A stretch of 64,000 nt of DNA from an uncultured Chitinophagaceae bacterium (GCA_964355925.1 CAYHFN010000005.1:50706-114705); one strand, 5' to 3'; shown: positions 8,022-18,420, counted from the stretch's first letter. Notes: generated by a model from the letters alone, not told the origin. Numbers and translations are program-made.

Positions 8022-9659
8022 ATGTATAAAGTATTTCTGTTATTGTTTCCGATATTGTTATCCTCACAATCTGTCTATCTTTCTGCAACTCATCCGATAT
8101 ATAAATATTTGGATAAGATGGAAGCCAAGCAGGTGATTACTGGTTATCGTGATGCGGTGAAGCCTCTTTCTCGTGATGCTATTGCGAAATATATCGTTCA
8201 AATTGATACAACCTCGATGCCATTAACGCTGGTAGAGCAAGATGAACAGTTTTATTACAAAGAAGAATTCTTTCAGGAATTGGAAAATATTGGTTACGAA
8301 AATATCATTGAAGAGCGCTGGCATCTGTATCAATACAAAAGTAACCCAGGGAAAATTAACATCGATTTTATCGGAGGATATTCTTATCACAAGCGAGGTG
8401 ATGGAAATACAACTAAGAAAACATCGAATGGTCTGAGTGTTTATGGATATTTGGGAAAACACGTTGGTGCGGATTTTATGTTTCGAGATAATGTTGAGTC
8501 CGGTTCGTACGTAAGTGCTTCAAATCCATTTTCTTCGGAACCAGCACAAGTAATCGCAAGAAAGCTAGGGAGTTTTATTAATTACGATCCGATCGATGCC
8601 CAAGTTAATATTGATTTGGATTTTGTTACATTATCTGTCGAAAAAATGCATAATGTTTGGGGAGTAGGAGAACAAGGCAACATTATTCTCTCCAACAAAG
8701 CACCTTCATATCCACAGATTAAAATTCGTGCTCGCCTCAGTGAAAATATTGATTTTACGTATATCCATGGATGGCTGTATTCCGATATTATTGATTCACT
8801 TCGTTCATATCAGGTTGCTGATATTTCCGGCTCTCCTGGTTTTCGACGCGTAAATCGACAAAAATATATTGCAGCACATATCATAGAGTTTACTCCTTGG
8901 AATGGAGTAGATCTTTCAATCGGAGAATCAGAAGTATACGGCAGTCGAAGTCCGGAATTATTGTATCTCATCCCAATTATGTTCTTTAAAGCAGGAGAAC
9001 ATTGGATGAACGACACTGATAATTCTCAAATGTTCTTTTCCGCAGATTTGAATATTGTCAAAGATCAGAATTATTACTTGTCACTTTTTCTGGATGAATT
9101 TTCAACGGAAGATTTTGCGAGAACTGATCGTCAGAGAAATCAATTGGGATTTACAGTTGGAACAAAAATTTACGATCTATTATTCTCAGATTCTAAATTA
9201 ATGATAGAGTATACCCGCGTAAATCCGTGGGTTTACAATCATAGATTCTCTGATGATACATATCAAAGTCATAAGATCAATCTGGGCCATTGGATAGGAC
9301 AAAATGCAGATTTATTTTCGATTGGTTTTAATTATAAGCCAATTCGCAGTTTAGAGGTCGGACTCATCTTTGAATCACTTCGCAAAGGAGGGAAGGATTC
9401 TACTATTTTTCAATATCGACTTCCTACCCCGACATTTTTATATTCTCCTTTAACAAAACAACAGACATTTGGAATTGTAGGAAATTATGAACCAATTCGA
9501 GATTTTATAATTGATTTCAAGATATTGCAAAGTCGTTTTACCACACAGGTGACAACAACCAGTTATTCGTACACAAACAATCCTAATGAGTATTATATCG
9601 TGCAGGACTATGCAAAAAAGTGGGATATCTTCATCGGATTGCGTTATAATTTTGATTGA
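8022..9659 (+). CDS. Wzi-like (capsule assembly family) outer-membrane beta-barrel
   Basis: Signal peptide, HPIYxYL N-terminal helix, alternating beta-strands, C-terminal YNFD. Confidence 0.6.
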   Translation: MYKVFLLLFPILLSSQSVYLSATHPIYKYLDKMEAKQVITGYRDAVKPLSRDAIAKYIVQIDTTSMPLTLVEQDEQFYYKEEFFQELENIGYENIIEERWHLYQYKSNPGKINIDFIGGYSYHKRGDGNTTKKTSNGLSVYGYLGKHVGADFMFRDNVESGSYVSASNPFSSEPAQVIARKLGSFINYDPIDAQVNIDLDFVTLSVEKMHNVWGVGEQGNIILSNKAPSYPQIKIRARLSENIDFTYIHGWLYSDIIDSLRSYQVADISGSPGFRRVNRQKYIAAHIIEFTPWNGVDLSIGESEVYGSRSPELLYLIPIMFFKAGEHWMNDTDNSQMFFSADLNIVKDQNYYLSLFLDEFSTEDFARTDRQRNQLGFTVGTKIYDLLFSDSKLMIEYTRVNPWVYNHRFSDDTYQSHKINLGHWIGQNADLFSIGFNYKPIRSLEVGLIFESLRKGGKDSTIFQYRLPTPTFLYSPLTKQQTFGIVGNYEPIRDFIIDFKILQSRFTTQVTTTSYSYTNNPNEYYIVQDYAKKWDIFIGLRYNFD

Positions 9660-9663
9660 GGTT

Positions 9664-9691
9664 AAACTTTTATGTCAGTTCTTTTGTCAAA
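9664..9691 (+). promoter_or_regulatory. Putative ECF-sigma (RpoE-like) autoregulated promoter
   Basis: AAACTT-16 nt-GTCAAA just upstream of the ECF gene. Confidence 0.5.
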
Positions 9692-9704
9692 AGTTCATTA
9701 ATGA

Positions 9705-10256
9705 ATGAATAATCCTGACGAACTTAAGTTAATTCAAGACTTTAATGATGGTGACGAACAAGCGTACAATCAATTAGTACTTCGTTACAAAGAAAAGGTC
9801 TATTGGATTGTTCGGCGGATGATTCCAGATCATGATGATGCGGATGATATTACTCAAAATGTTTTCATAAAAGCATATCAGTCGTTACGATCATTCAAAG
9901 GAGATTCAAGTTTTTATACCTGGATATATCGGATTGCGATCAATCTTTCGTTGAATGAGATCCGTAGAAAAAAATTCCATAAAACATTTTCAATTGATGA
10001 AGAGATACATCAGATCAGTACTTCGGACGATCAACCGATACAAATATTGATAAAAGAAGAGCGCACCCGATTAATCAAAGAAGCAATTGAACGACTGCCG
10101 GATAAGCAAAAAAAAGTCTTTTTGCTGCGCTACTATGAAGAGTTGCCGTATGAAGTGATTGCAAAAATTCTTCATACAAGCGTTGGTGGTTTGAAAGCAA
10201 ATTATTTCCACGCGGTGAAAAAGATAGGGGAGTATCTAAAAAATGAACGAGAATGA
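9705..10256 (+). CDS. ECF RNA polymerase sigma factor
   Basis: DADDITQNVFIKAY (region 2), FYTWIYRIAIN, region 4 HTH. Confidence 0.92.
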   Translation: MNNPDELKLIQDFNDGDEQAYNQLVLRYKEKVYWIVRRMIPDHDDADDITQNVFIKAYQSLRSFKGDSSFYTWIYRIAINLSLNEIRRKKFHKTFSIDEEIHQISTSDDQPIQILIKEERTRLIKEAIERLPDKQKKVFLLRYYEELPYEVIAKILHTSVGGLKANYFHAVKKIGEYLKNERE

Positions 10257-10875
10257 ATTACATGAACGTTTGATTGATTATGTTGAAGGGAATATTTCGC
10301 CCGAACAAAAGACTGAAATTGAAGCTTTTCTTACAAAGTCTCCTCAGATGCAAAATGAGTTTGATCTAATCCAATCAGCGTTGACAGAATTGAGTAGTAT
10401 ATCAGATGAGGATGTTCCGAATCATTATTTTTCGAATTTTCTTCCACGTCTTCGTGATCGTTTGGAGTCTGGTAAGGTTCATTTACCGATGTTCATTCCG
10501 GAATGGTATCGTTTGTTCTCAGCTCCCTTGATAGTTTCGGCAATTGTTTTATCGATTATCATTATGTATCAAACATTTAACCCCGAACAAATACACTCAT
10601 CGATATATTCATTGGTGAATGATATGGAACGGTCCGAGATGAATTATATTGTTGATGAATCATCTGATTTTGTATTAAGCTCCAAAAATACTCGCAATGC
10701 TGATATTCTCTTTAGTGATGTTTCGAGTGTAAGAATAATTGAATCAAAACTTACTGAAGATTTGCTTGTTCTTGATGTCTCTTCATATCAATCTGAACAT
10801 GAGCTAATTTCGAATTTGGGTGATAAAGAGATTGAACAAGTGTTAGATCGTTTAGACAAACCAAATGTACAATAG
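10243..10875 (+). CDS. Putative transmembrane anti-sigma factor
   Basis: N-terminal ASD-like LIDYVEG helix, single TM, overlaps the sigma stop codon. Confidence 0.7.
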   Translation: MNENELHERLIDYVEGNISPEQKTEIEAFLTKSPQMQNEFDLIQSALTELSSISDEDVPNHYFSNFLPRLRDRLESGKVHLPMFIPEWYRLFSAPLIVSAIVLSIIIMYQTFNPEQIHSSIYSLVNDMERSEMNYIVDESSDFVLSSKNTRNADILFSDVSSVRIIESKLTEDLLVLDVSSYQSEHELISNLGDKEIEQVLDRLDKPNVQ

Positions 10876-10890
10876 ACAAAAGGGGCTGTT

Positions 10891-11373
10891 ATGAGATATT
10901 TATTTAGAATGATATTATTTCTTGTTTGTTTTGTAATGACCTGTATCGCACAACCACCCGAAGGTTTTGGAGAAGGGAAGAAACGTTCATCTGAACGATT
11001 GGAACGATATAAGAAATTACAGATGATCGAGGTTCTGAAACTTGACGAAGAAACAGGTCTAAAACTTATTAGTCGGTATAATAATCACAGAAAAAATATA
11101 CAGCAATTAGAAAAAGAGCGCGGAGAATTGATGGATAAACTTGAATCACAGATTCAATCTTCTGTTGCCGATGTTGAATATCAAAAATCATTTGGTGAAC
11201 TAATTGATATTGAACGGAAAATTACAGAAACACGGAAAAAATATATGGAAAGCTTGAAAGAAATATTTTCAAACAAACAAATTGCAGAGTATCTCATTTT
11301 TGAACGAAATTTCATGAAGGATCTTCGAAACGTCATAAATGACGTTCAAAAACAACGAATGAAAAGAGATTGA
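10891..11373 (+). CDS. Spy/CpxP-like periplasmic helical protein
   Basis: Signal peptide, charged helices, C-terminal FSNKQ (LTxxQ-like) motif. Confidence 0.55.
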   Translation: MRYLFRMILFLVCFVMTCIAQPPEGFGEGKKRSSERLERYKKLQMIEVLKLDEETGLKLISRYNNHRKNIQQLEKERGELMDKLESQIQSSVADVEYQKSFGELIDIERKITETRKKYMESLKEIFSNKQIAEYLIFERNFMKDLRNVINDVQKQRMKRD

Positions 11374-11395
11374 TTGTAGTAACATATAATGTGCT

Positions 11396-11425
11396 AAAAG
11401 GCAGATTGTTCTCCTGCCTTTTTTT
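11396..11425 (+). terminator. Intrinsic terminator
   Basis: AAAAGGCAG...CTGCCTTTT followed by a T-run. Confidence 0.75.
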
Positions 11426-11466
11426 GTTTTTTTTGCTTCTTCTTTAATTAAACGATATATTTTTAC

Positions 11467-12639
11467 GTGAAAATAAAAGAACAGCCAATATATCTTGATT
11501 ATAGTGCAACAACTCCCATTGATCCCCATGTGGCCTCGGTGATCGAAAGTCATTTTCATAACACTTATGGTAATGCATCATCAATACATTCTTATGGACG
11601 CATTGCAAAAGTTATTCTTGAGGAAAGCCGAGAAATTATTGCGCGTAGTGTTGGAGCCGAAGCATCCGAAATATTTTTTACTTCTGGAGGAACAGAATCG
11701 GATAATCACGCTGTGATTGGGAGTGCATTCGCTCAACGAAGAAAATATGGAAAAGATCATATTATTGTTTCTGCTATCGAACATCATGCAGTATTGGATG
11801 CTGCCGAATATTTAAAGAATCATGGTTTTCAAATCACGCATTTATCCGTAGATAAAAATGGAATTGTAAATGTTCAAGAACTTGAAAAAACAATTTGTGA
11901 CAAAACTGCATTAGTTTCAGTAATGCACGCAAATAATGAAACTGGTGTCATTCAGCCGATAAAAAAAATTGCCGAGTGGACAAAAAATAAAGGCATTGTA
12001 TTTCATTCTGATACCATTCAGACAATAGGAAAAATACCGGTAAAAGTGAATGACCTTAGGATGGATCTGTTGGCAATATCTGCCCATAAAATTTATGGAC
12101 CCAAAGGAATTGGTGCAATTTATATTCGTAAAGGAACCGATATTGATGCACTATTGCATGGCGGATCACAAGAACGAAAAAATAGGGCGGGAACGGAAAA
12201 TATTCCTTTGATCGCTGGTTTTGCAAAGGCATTAGAATTAGCTGATATAGGACAAGAAGAATTATTTCGGCATACTGAAAAACTGCGTTCATTATTAAAA
12301 GAAATGATCCAAAATACTGTTCGCAATGTTATTATCAACAGTCAAGACGAACTCTCAATTCCACATATCCTTAATGTTTCACTTGATTCATCAAATTACA
12401 ATATTGAAAGTGAAACATTGTTGTTAAATATGGATATGAAAGGAATTGCTGTCTCAAGCGGCTCTGCCTGCACATCCGGAAGTGTCCAGCCATCGCATGT
12501 ACTATTGGCGATGGGTCACGATCCAAAGACAACTCAGGCAACAATACGTTTTTCGTTTGGAAAATTCACAACAATTGAGGAAGTTGAGAGTGCAGGGCGA
12601 ATATTCCATGCAATTGTAGCATCTCTTCCTAAAAAATAA
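11467..12639 (+). CDS. iscS: Cysteine desulfurase
   Basis: YLDYSATTP, SAHKIYGPKG, SGSACTSG motifs. Confidence 0.92.
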   Translation: MKIKEQPIYLDYSATTPIDPHVASVIESHFHNTYGNASSIHSYGRIAKVILEESREIIARSVGAEASEIFFTSGGTESDNHAVIGSAFAQRRKYGKDHIIVSAIEHHAVLDAAEYLKNHGFQITHLSVDKNGIVNVQELEKTICDKTALVSVMHANNETGVIQPIKKIAEWTKNKGIVFHSDTIQTIGKIPVKVNDLRMDLLAISAHKIYGPKGIGAIYIRKGTDIDALLHGGSQERKNRAGTENIPLIAGFAKALELADIGQEELFRHTEKLRSLLKEMIQNTVRNVIINSQDELSIPHILNVSLDSSNYNIESETLLLNMDMKGIAVSSGSACTSGSVQPSHVLLAMGHDPKTTQATIRFSFGKFTTIEEVESAGRIFHAIVASLPKK

Positions 12640-12660
12640 TTTTTGAGAAATGTAAATACT

Positions 12661-13191
12661 ATGAAAAAATTTATCTTTAGTTTGGTGGTTTTGCTTTTTG
12701 GTTGTTCAGATCCCGGTGATCAGGCAAGTACGAATCTTAAAAAAGGGGATGAATTCTTTGCTAAAAATGAATATGAAGTTGCAGAATATTATTATGATCA
12801 GATACCGGAGGACAGCCCGTTCTTTCGTCAGGCACAAAAAAAATTGAATGCGATTGCGGTTGTTAAAGCAAAATGGAAAGTTGTTGAAAGCGATTCTACT
12901 GAAATATCACAAGTTGTTCTCGTTGAGAACAAATATAAAGCCGACAACGTTTCGAGAGTACCTATCCATAGCATTACTATTGCAAACAATTCAAAGAAAA
13001 AATTAGAATCTGTCAATATCGAATTTACGTATTTTAATCAGGAAGGTACGGTTATTGCAACGTTGCTTGGAGATGTCAAAACACCAGTAGACCCAGAGTC
13101 TAAAAATATTTTTGATAATGTGTCACCAGGTATTTTGCAGGAACGGTTTGTGAATTGTGAAGCGCGAATAATTAATGCACATTTTCATTGA
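12661..13191 (+). CDS. Lipoprotein with a TPR-like helix pair and an FxLYD-like domain
   Basis: MKKFIFSLVVLLFGC lipobox; IANNS...VNIEFTYFNQEG pattern. Confidence 0.55.
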   Translation: MKKFIFSLVVLLFGCSDPGDQASTNLKKGDEFFAKNEYEVAEYYYDQIPEDSPFFRQAQKKLNAIAVVKAKWKVVESDSTEISQVVLVENKYKADNVSRVPIHSITIANNSKKKLESVNIEFTYFNQEGTVIATLLGDVKTPVDPESKNIFDNVSPGILQERFVNCEARIINAHFH

Positions 13192-14108
13192 AATATACCC
13201 TCGATCTCTCTCAATAAGATCCCATATCTCAATCCGCGGTCGCTGACTGTGATTTGTTTCAGTCCGCTTTTTTCCATAAAACCCATCAAGATCATAATTC
13301 CGGCAAGAATAATATCTGCTCGTCCAGCCGATATTTGCGGGATTGTTGAAATCTGTTCAACTGATTTATCTTTTAAGGATGCAAACATCGAGCAGATATC
13401 ATCAAAAGTAAGATGATATCCATTGATCATTTCAGGTACATATTCTGGCAATTGTTGATGCAGAGCAGCAAGTGTTGTTAATGTACCTGCAACACCGATA
13501 GTGAATGTAGAACGAATGGTTCGTATTTGTTCGACAGGAATAGTTGAAAGGATGAACTCATGTGCTTCTATCAAGGCCGAAATCTCCGGCGGAGAATCTT
13601 TTAAGATCCTTTCAGTGATCCTCACACTTCCTATATCGAGACTCACTTTGGATAGTATTCCAATAGAATTTCCCGTGATAATTTCAGTGCTGCCGCCGCC
13701 AATATCAACCACTGAATACTTCTCTGCACGCCCAATGAAATCGGAAATACCTCCACGATAGGTCCATTTTGCTTCTTCGCTACCGGAAAGTATTTCTATT
13801 GATAAGCCGACTGCATCTTTGATGTAGTTAATGAACTCAACATTATTGTGCGCGTCACGAAGGGCACTTGTACCAACTGCTGAAATTTGTTCCACCGAAA
13901 AAGAATTGCACACACCCTTATAATGGGAGAGAAAATCTTTCGCACGAACAAATGTTTCTTGATTGATGATTCGTTTGGCATCAACTCCTTTGCCAAGTCG
14001 TGCGATTACTTGTTCATCATGTAATATTTTTACAATTCCATTTTTGTTTACGTCAGCAATGAGCAGAAGGATTGTATTCGTTCCAATGTCAATGGATGCA
14101 ATTCTCAT
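13185..14108 (-). CDS. ppx: Ppx/GppA exopolyphosphatase (short form)
   Basis: IDIGTNT, GTSALRDA, DIGGGSTE, RADII, GLRYG motifs. Confidence 0.88.
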   Translation of the reverse strand: MRIASIDIGTNTILLLIADVNKNGIVKILHDEQVIARLGKGVDAKRIINQETFVRAKDFLSHYKGVCNSFSVEQISAVGTSALRDAHNNVEFINYIKDAVGLSIEILSGSEEAKWTYRGGISDFIGRAEKYSVVDIGGGSTEIITGNSIGILSKVSLDIGSVRITERILKDSPPEISALIEAHEFILSTIPVEQIRTIRSTFTIGVAGTLTTLAALHQQLPEYVPEMINGYHLTFDDICSMFASLKDKSVEQISTIPQISAGRADIILAGIMILMGFMEKSGLKQITVSDRGLRYGILLREIEGIFQ

Positions 14109-14956
14109 TTTCGTTCAGCAGCGATTGCAATCCAGTCGTTTTCTTTAAGCAGAGAAACGATCTTAAAATTTCTTTCGATCAATGCGTGTTCAATGATTGG
14201 CTGATCTGCACTAAGCAATCCAGAGAAAAATATCCGGCCTTTCCCTGAGAGTTTTTGTAGCATGGCATCTAACAAATCTAAAATTGTATTTCGAAAGATG
14301 TTGGCAAGAATAATATCAAAACTGGATTCGGTCACCACCTCCAATGAACCGATACGTATTTCAATACTGTTTTCCACCCCATTTTTTTGAATATTTTCTA
14401 ATCCATTATCTAGCGACCATTCATCGATATCAATCGCAACTATTTGATTGGCACCCATTTTTGCAGCTACAATTGCTAAAATCCCCGTTCCAGTTCCAAC
14501 ATCCAATACACTACTGTCTTTCGTGATATAACTTTCCATTAATCGGATCATTAAACGGGTTGTTTCGTGGTACCCAGTTCCAAATGTCATTTTTGGATCG
14601 ATGATGATAACAGTCTTTGTATCATTTTTATCATTATTCCACGAAGGTGCAATGACGAAACGTTCAGAAACCTGAATCGGTTTGATCGATTGTTCCCATT
14701 CTTCGTTCCAATTTTTATGTTGTATCTCGGTGGTTGAAATATACTGCACGAAAGGGAAATTATATTGCTCTGAGATTTCCTTTATTATTGATTCAATATC
14801 TTCATGCCAATCGTCTTTTTTAATGAAACAATGGATACCAAGTTCATCTTCAACATATCCCTCGAATGAGTATTCAGATAATGCAGCGGGAACGATTTCG
14901 CGAATGCTCTCATCAGGTGAAACTGCAATATGAAAATCCAGATAGATATCGTTCAT
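14105..14956 (-). CDS. prmA: Ribosomal protein L11 methyltransferase
   Basis: DPKMTFGTGYHETT, LDVGTGTGIL, ILANI motifs. Confidence 0.92.
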   Translation of the reverse strand: MNDIYLDFHIAVSPDESIREIVPAALSEYSFEGYVEDELGIHCFIKKDDWHEDIESIIKEISEQYNFPFVQYISTTEIQHKNWNEEWEQSIKPIQVSERFVIAPSWNNDKNDTKTVIIIDPKMTFGTGYHETTRLMIRLMESYITKDSSVLDVGTGTGILAIVAAKMGANQIVAIDIDEWSLDNGLENIQKNGVENSIEIRIGSLEVVTESSFDIILANIFRNTILDLLDAMLQKLSGKGRIFFSGLLSADQPIIEHALIERNFKIVSLLKENDWIAIAAERK

Positions 14957-15606
14957 TATTGTTTTCTTCGTTTGCGTATTAAGGAATCTACGATCTCAGT
15001 GTTCATCTCAAGCCAAAAAATTTGGTCTTGATAATTTTCTTGCATTTTTCGGTCTGCTTTATTGTACCTCACATTCAATCCGTAGACCAGCCAAATGATG
15101 AATACCGTTGTTACCGCAATCATATTTGTGTTTTGCGTTGCTGCAATTTGAATTACTAATGCAATAATTCCTAGCAGGCCAAACCAAAACGAAGTTCTCC
15201 GGATATTGATCATGATATGATAGATCATTCCAAAGAAGAACACTTTATCGTACATCGTTATTGGTATGTTGTGATTGAGAATGAAAAAATAGAGACGGCG
15301 TGCATCATCTTCAGTAAGAGGATTTGCAGGGTAAAGTTCCCTTGAACGATCCATGATGTAGATGCTTGGTTGATTGGTTTGAAAGGCTTTCCGTTTTTTT
15401 GGAGTTTCTTTTGAATAAAAACTTAATCCGGCGACAATGGAACCAAGAATGAACAGTGGTAAACTAAATTCCAATGATATGTACGGCCACAAAGAAATCT
15501 TAAATGCATTGACCAATGCAAAGATTAAAAATATGGAATATGATCCTGGAACAATGATCCGCAACAATTCAAATGAAGCAAATCGAGATGAAGATGAGGT
15601 ATTCAT
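14956..15606 (-). CDS. Hypothetical 4-TM membrane protein
   Basis: 216 aa ORF tightly packed in an operon; no motif recognised. Confidence 0.7.
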   Translation of the reverse strand: MNTSSSSRFASFELLRIIVPGSYSIFLIFALVNAFKISLWPYISLEFSLPLFILGSIVAGLSFYSKETPKKRKAFQTNQPSIYIMDRSRELYPANPLTEDDARRLYFFILNHNIPITMYDKVFFFGMIYHIMINIRRTSFWFGLLGIIALVIQIAATQNTNMIAVTTVFIIWLVYGLNVRYNKADRKMQENYQDQIFWLEMNTEIVDSLIRKRRKQ

Positions 15607-15607
15607 A

Positions 15608-16591
15608 TTATTTTTTCAGTTTTGTATAAATCACAGCTGACAATACTTTTCCAACTGCTTCCAAACTTTCGGAACTGCATTTGTCTGGCGTGTCCTGATG
15701 TGTATGCCAATAGGGATATTGGAAGTCAATAATATCGATAGTCGGAATTCCAACTTCATTTAACGGAAGATGATCGTCAGAAATTAATTCTCCGGGAACT
15801 CTAATAAAATTTGTTACCGCCACTTCTTCAGCAGTTGACCAAATAATGTCCATTAACCGAGGTGCGAAGCGCAGAGAGTTCTGTTCTAACGGTAGTTGAA
15901 GATCTCGATCGCCGATCATATCCAAAAGAATTCCGTATTCAGGGGTATAAGCAATACTTTTCGTTTTTGCAAAATGTTTTGCACCAAGAAAATACAGATC
16001 GGTATTTCCATCCTGACGTGAATATCCATAATCTTCTCCATCGGTGAATAAAATATCAACTCCAATTGGCAAAGGATTGTTTTTGAAGAGCCGAGCAAGT
16101 TCAAGTAACACCGCAACACCACTTGCACCATCGTTCGCTCCTATGATCGGTAGATTTCTTTTTTTTGGATCGGCATCTTCTTCAGCACGTGGTCGTGTAT
16201 CCCAATGAGCAAGGAGGATAATTCGTTGCTGCAATTCCGGTTTGAATTGGGCAAATATATTTGTTAAATGAAGAATTTCATTGTATCCCTGCTGAGTAAA
16301 TTTTTGTAACGTTACTTTATCGGCATATTTTTTCAATTCACTTTCCAAAAATTGTAAACATTGTTGGCGACCCGGGGAATTTGGATTGCGCGGTCCGAAA
16401 TTTGTCTGTTGTAATAAATAGTTAAAAGCGTTTTTACCGTTAAAAACAGGGAATTGTTTTGTCATTGTTTTTGTCGATTGTTGCTGAGTTGCAGGCTTGT
16501 CTGATTGTTTTTGTTCACATCCTAATAAAAGAGATGAAATGAATATTATTGTAAAGAAAGGATAATTCTTTGCTTGAAAGTAGTTTTCCAT
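15608..16591 (-). CDS. M28-family lipoprotein, probable glutaminyl-peptide cyclotransferase
   Basis: Lipobox LLGC; FGPRNPNS, AHWDTRP, GANDGASGVA, DGEDYG, LLDMIG, DDHLP, YWHT motifs. Confidence 0.75.
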   Translation of the reverse strand: MENYFQAKNYPFFTIIFISSLLLGCEQKQSDKPATQQQSTKTMTKQFPVFNGKNAFNYLLQQTNFGPRNPNSPGRQQCLQFLESELKKYADKVTLQKFTQQGYNEILHLTNIFAQFKPELQQRIILLAHWDTRPRAEEDADPKKRNLPIIGANDGASGVAVLLELARLFKNNPLPIGVDILFTDGEDYGYSRQDGNTDLYFLGAKHFAKTKSIAYTPEYGILLDMIGDRDLQLPLEQNSLRFAPRLMDIIWSTAEEVAVTNFIRVPGELISDDHLPLNEVGIPTIDIIDFQYPYWHTHQDTPDKCSSESLEAVGKVLSAVIYTKLKK

Positions 16592-16665
16592 CTTAAAAGA
16601 TTCTCATTTGTAATGAAGCTCAGATTTAGTATCTTTACAAAAGAATATAAGAAATTAAAGCCAAA

Positions 16666-17490
16666 ATGCCCTTACGAAAAGCTGTTTATTGGAGTATCTT
16701 CTGGATTGCGTTGTCCCTGACGTTTAATGTAGTTCTTTACTATACGCATGGTCAGCAAAAAGCTCTCGAATTTCTCACCGGATATCTGATTGAAAAATCA
16801 CTATCAGTTGATAATTTATTCGTCTTCCTTATTGTATTTACAATCTTTGGTGTGGAAATAAAGGATCAACGTCGGGTATTAAATTATGGGATTGTCGGTG
16901 TTATTCTTCTTCGAGGTGTTTTAATAGTTTTAGGTGCTACGCTTGTCAAAGAATTTCATTGGATTCTATACATTTTTGGCGCGATGCTGGTTTATGCCGG
17001 TTATCGAGTTGTTTATGGCGAAGATGCCAAAGTTGAACCGGAAAAGAATTTTGTTGTAAAACTTTTTCGTAAAATCATACCGATAGATAATCAATATCAT
17101 GGACATAGTTTCTTTATAAAAAAGACCGGAAAATTAGTTGCTACACCACTATTTGTCTGTTTGATAGTAATTGAAACAACTGATGTTGTCTTTGCCATTG
17201 ATTCTATTCCTGCAATTTTTGCAATAACTACAGATACATTTATCATCCTTACATCAAACCTCATGGCAGTTTTAGGACTCAGATCACTGTATTTTGTGCT
17301 CGCAGAAGTACATGCTTCTTTTGAGTACGTAAAATATGGTGTTGGAGTTGTTTTAGCGTTTGTTGGTGTTAAAATGTTAGTAATGGATTTATTTAAGATT
17401 GATACAATGGTCTCGCTTATTATTATTTTAGGTATTCTTACCACTTCTGTAATTCTTTCCTTCTTAAAAAACCGTAACCCATCTAAGTAA
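16666..17490 (+). CDS. TerC/Alx family metal-homeostasis membrane protein
   Basis: EKSLSVDNLFVF, DVVFAIDSIPA, LGLRSLYF motifs. Confidence 0.9.
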   Translation: MPLRKAVYWSIFWIALSLTFNVVLYYTHGQQKALEFLTGYLIEKSLSVDNLFVFLIVFTIFGVEIKDQRRVLNYGIVGVILLRGVLIVLGATLVKEFHWILYIFGAMLVYAGYRVVYGEDAKVEPEKNFVVKLFRKIIPIDNQYHGHSFFIKKTGKLVATPLFVCLIVIETTDVVFAIDSIPAIFAITTDTFIILTSNLMAVLGLRSLYFVLAEVHASFEYVKYGVGVVLAFVGVKMLVMDLFKIDTMVSLIIILGILTTSVILSFLKNRNPSK

Positions 17491-17631
17491 TCATTAGAAT
17501 GTTTTAATTTGCCTCGTAAGTCCTCTTTTGGGTATCTTTGTATCATAAAGATGATATGTTCTGTATAGTCTTTTTGCAATAAAGTAAGCCTTCCTATGTA
17601 AGAAGGGATTATCCAACAACTTGAGGGAAGA

Positions 17632-18348
17632 ATGAGAAAGATTCTATTCAATGCTTTTTGGTTTGTGCCGATTGTTATATTTGGGTGTTTTGACGGGTCA
17701 TTTACCGGAAAGTCTGATAAGATCTTTATTCAGGAAGAGGTCAGAACAAAACTTGACCAAAAATCCTTAGTAATACTGAATAAATATGGTAAAACAATCC
17801 GAACATATTCTGCTCGATATGGTGTAGATTGGCGTTTGGTGGTTGCTGTTATGAAAGTGGAATCACGATTTGATCATTCTGCGGAAAGCGAAAAAGGGGC
17901 TAAAGGATTGATGCAAATTATGCCTGCAACACAGAATGAAATTGCAGATAAAATAGGAATAGAAACAGAAGCATTTGATGATCCTTACGGGAATATCCGG
18001 GGAGGGATTTTTTACCTTGCCCAACTACATAAACAATTTGGGAATGAAGGATTAAGCGAAGAAAACCAGCTAAAATTCACTCTTGCAGCATATAATGCAG
18101 GACCCGGCAGAATCAATGATGCCCAGAAAATGGCAACTTATGTAAACGACGATCCAAAGGAATGGAAATCTGTAAAAAACTCACTTTCCTTACTTTCAAA
18201 AAAATATTCATCCCTTCATAAGTTTGTGTGGGAAGAACAGAAGCCGTTAAATGGCTATTTTAAGGACTGGAAACAGACATCCAATTATGTTGAATCAGTA
18301 ATGGTTTATTACAATGATTATAAAAAGATTTTTGATATTAAGGCTTAA
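17632..18348 (+). CDS. Lytic transglycosylase (SLT domain)
   Basis: ESRFD catalytic Glu, GAKGLMQIMP, AAYNAGPG motifs. Confidence 0.88.
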   Translation: MRKILFNAFWFVPIVIFGCFDGSFTGKSDKIFIQEEVRTKLDQKSLVILNKYGKTIRTYSARYGVDWRLVVAVMKVESRFDHSAESEKGAKGLMQIMPATQNEIADKIGIETEAFDDPYGNIRGGIFYLAQLHKQFGNEGLSEENQLKFTLAAYNAGPGRINDAQKMATYVNDDPKEWKSVKNSLSLLSKKYSSLHKFVWEEQKPLNGYFKDWKQTSNYVESVMVYYNDYKKIFDIKA

Positions 18349-18367
18349 AAACACTCAGGGGAAAACA

Positions 18368-18397
18368 AAAAAAGGGACGATTTAGCGTCCCTTTTTT
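18368..18397. terminator. Bidirectional terminator between convergent genes
   Basis: AAAAAAGGGACG-atttag-CGTCCCTTTTTT. Confidence 0.85.
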
Positions 18398-18420
18398 GTT
18401 TTAAACAGGTTTTTTAGTAT

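Noticed and set aside
16592-16665. Possible yybP-ykoY Mn riboswitch before the TerC gene
   Set aside because: The gap is only 74 nt and holds a promoter-like motif; no aptamer motifs
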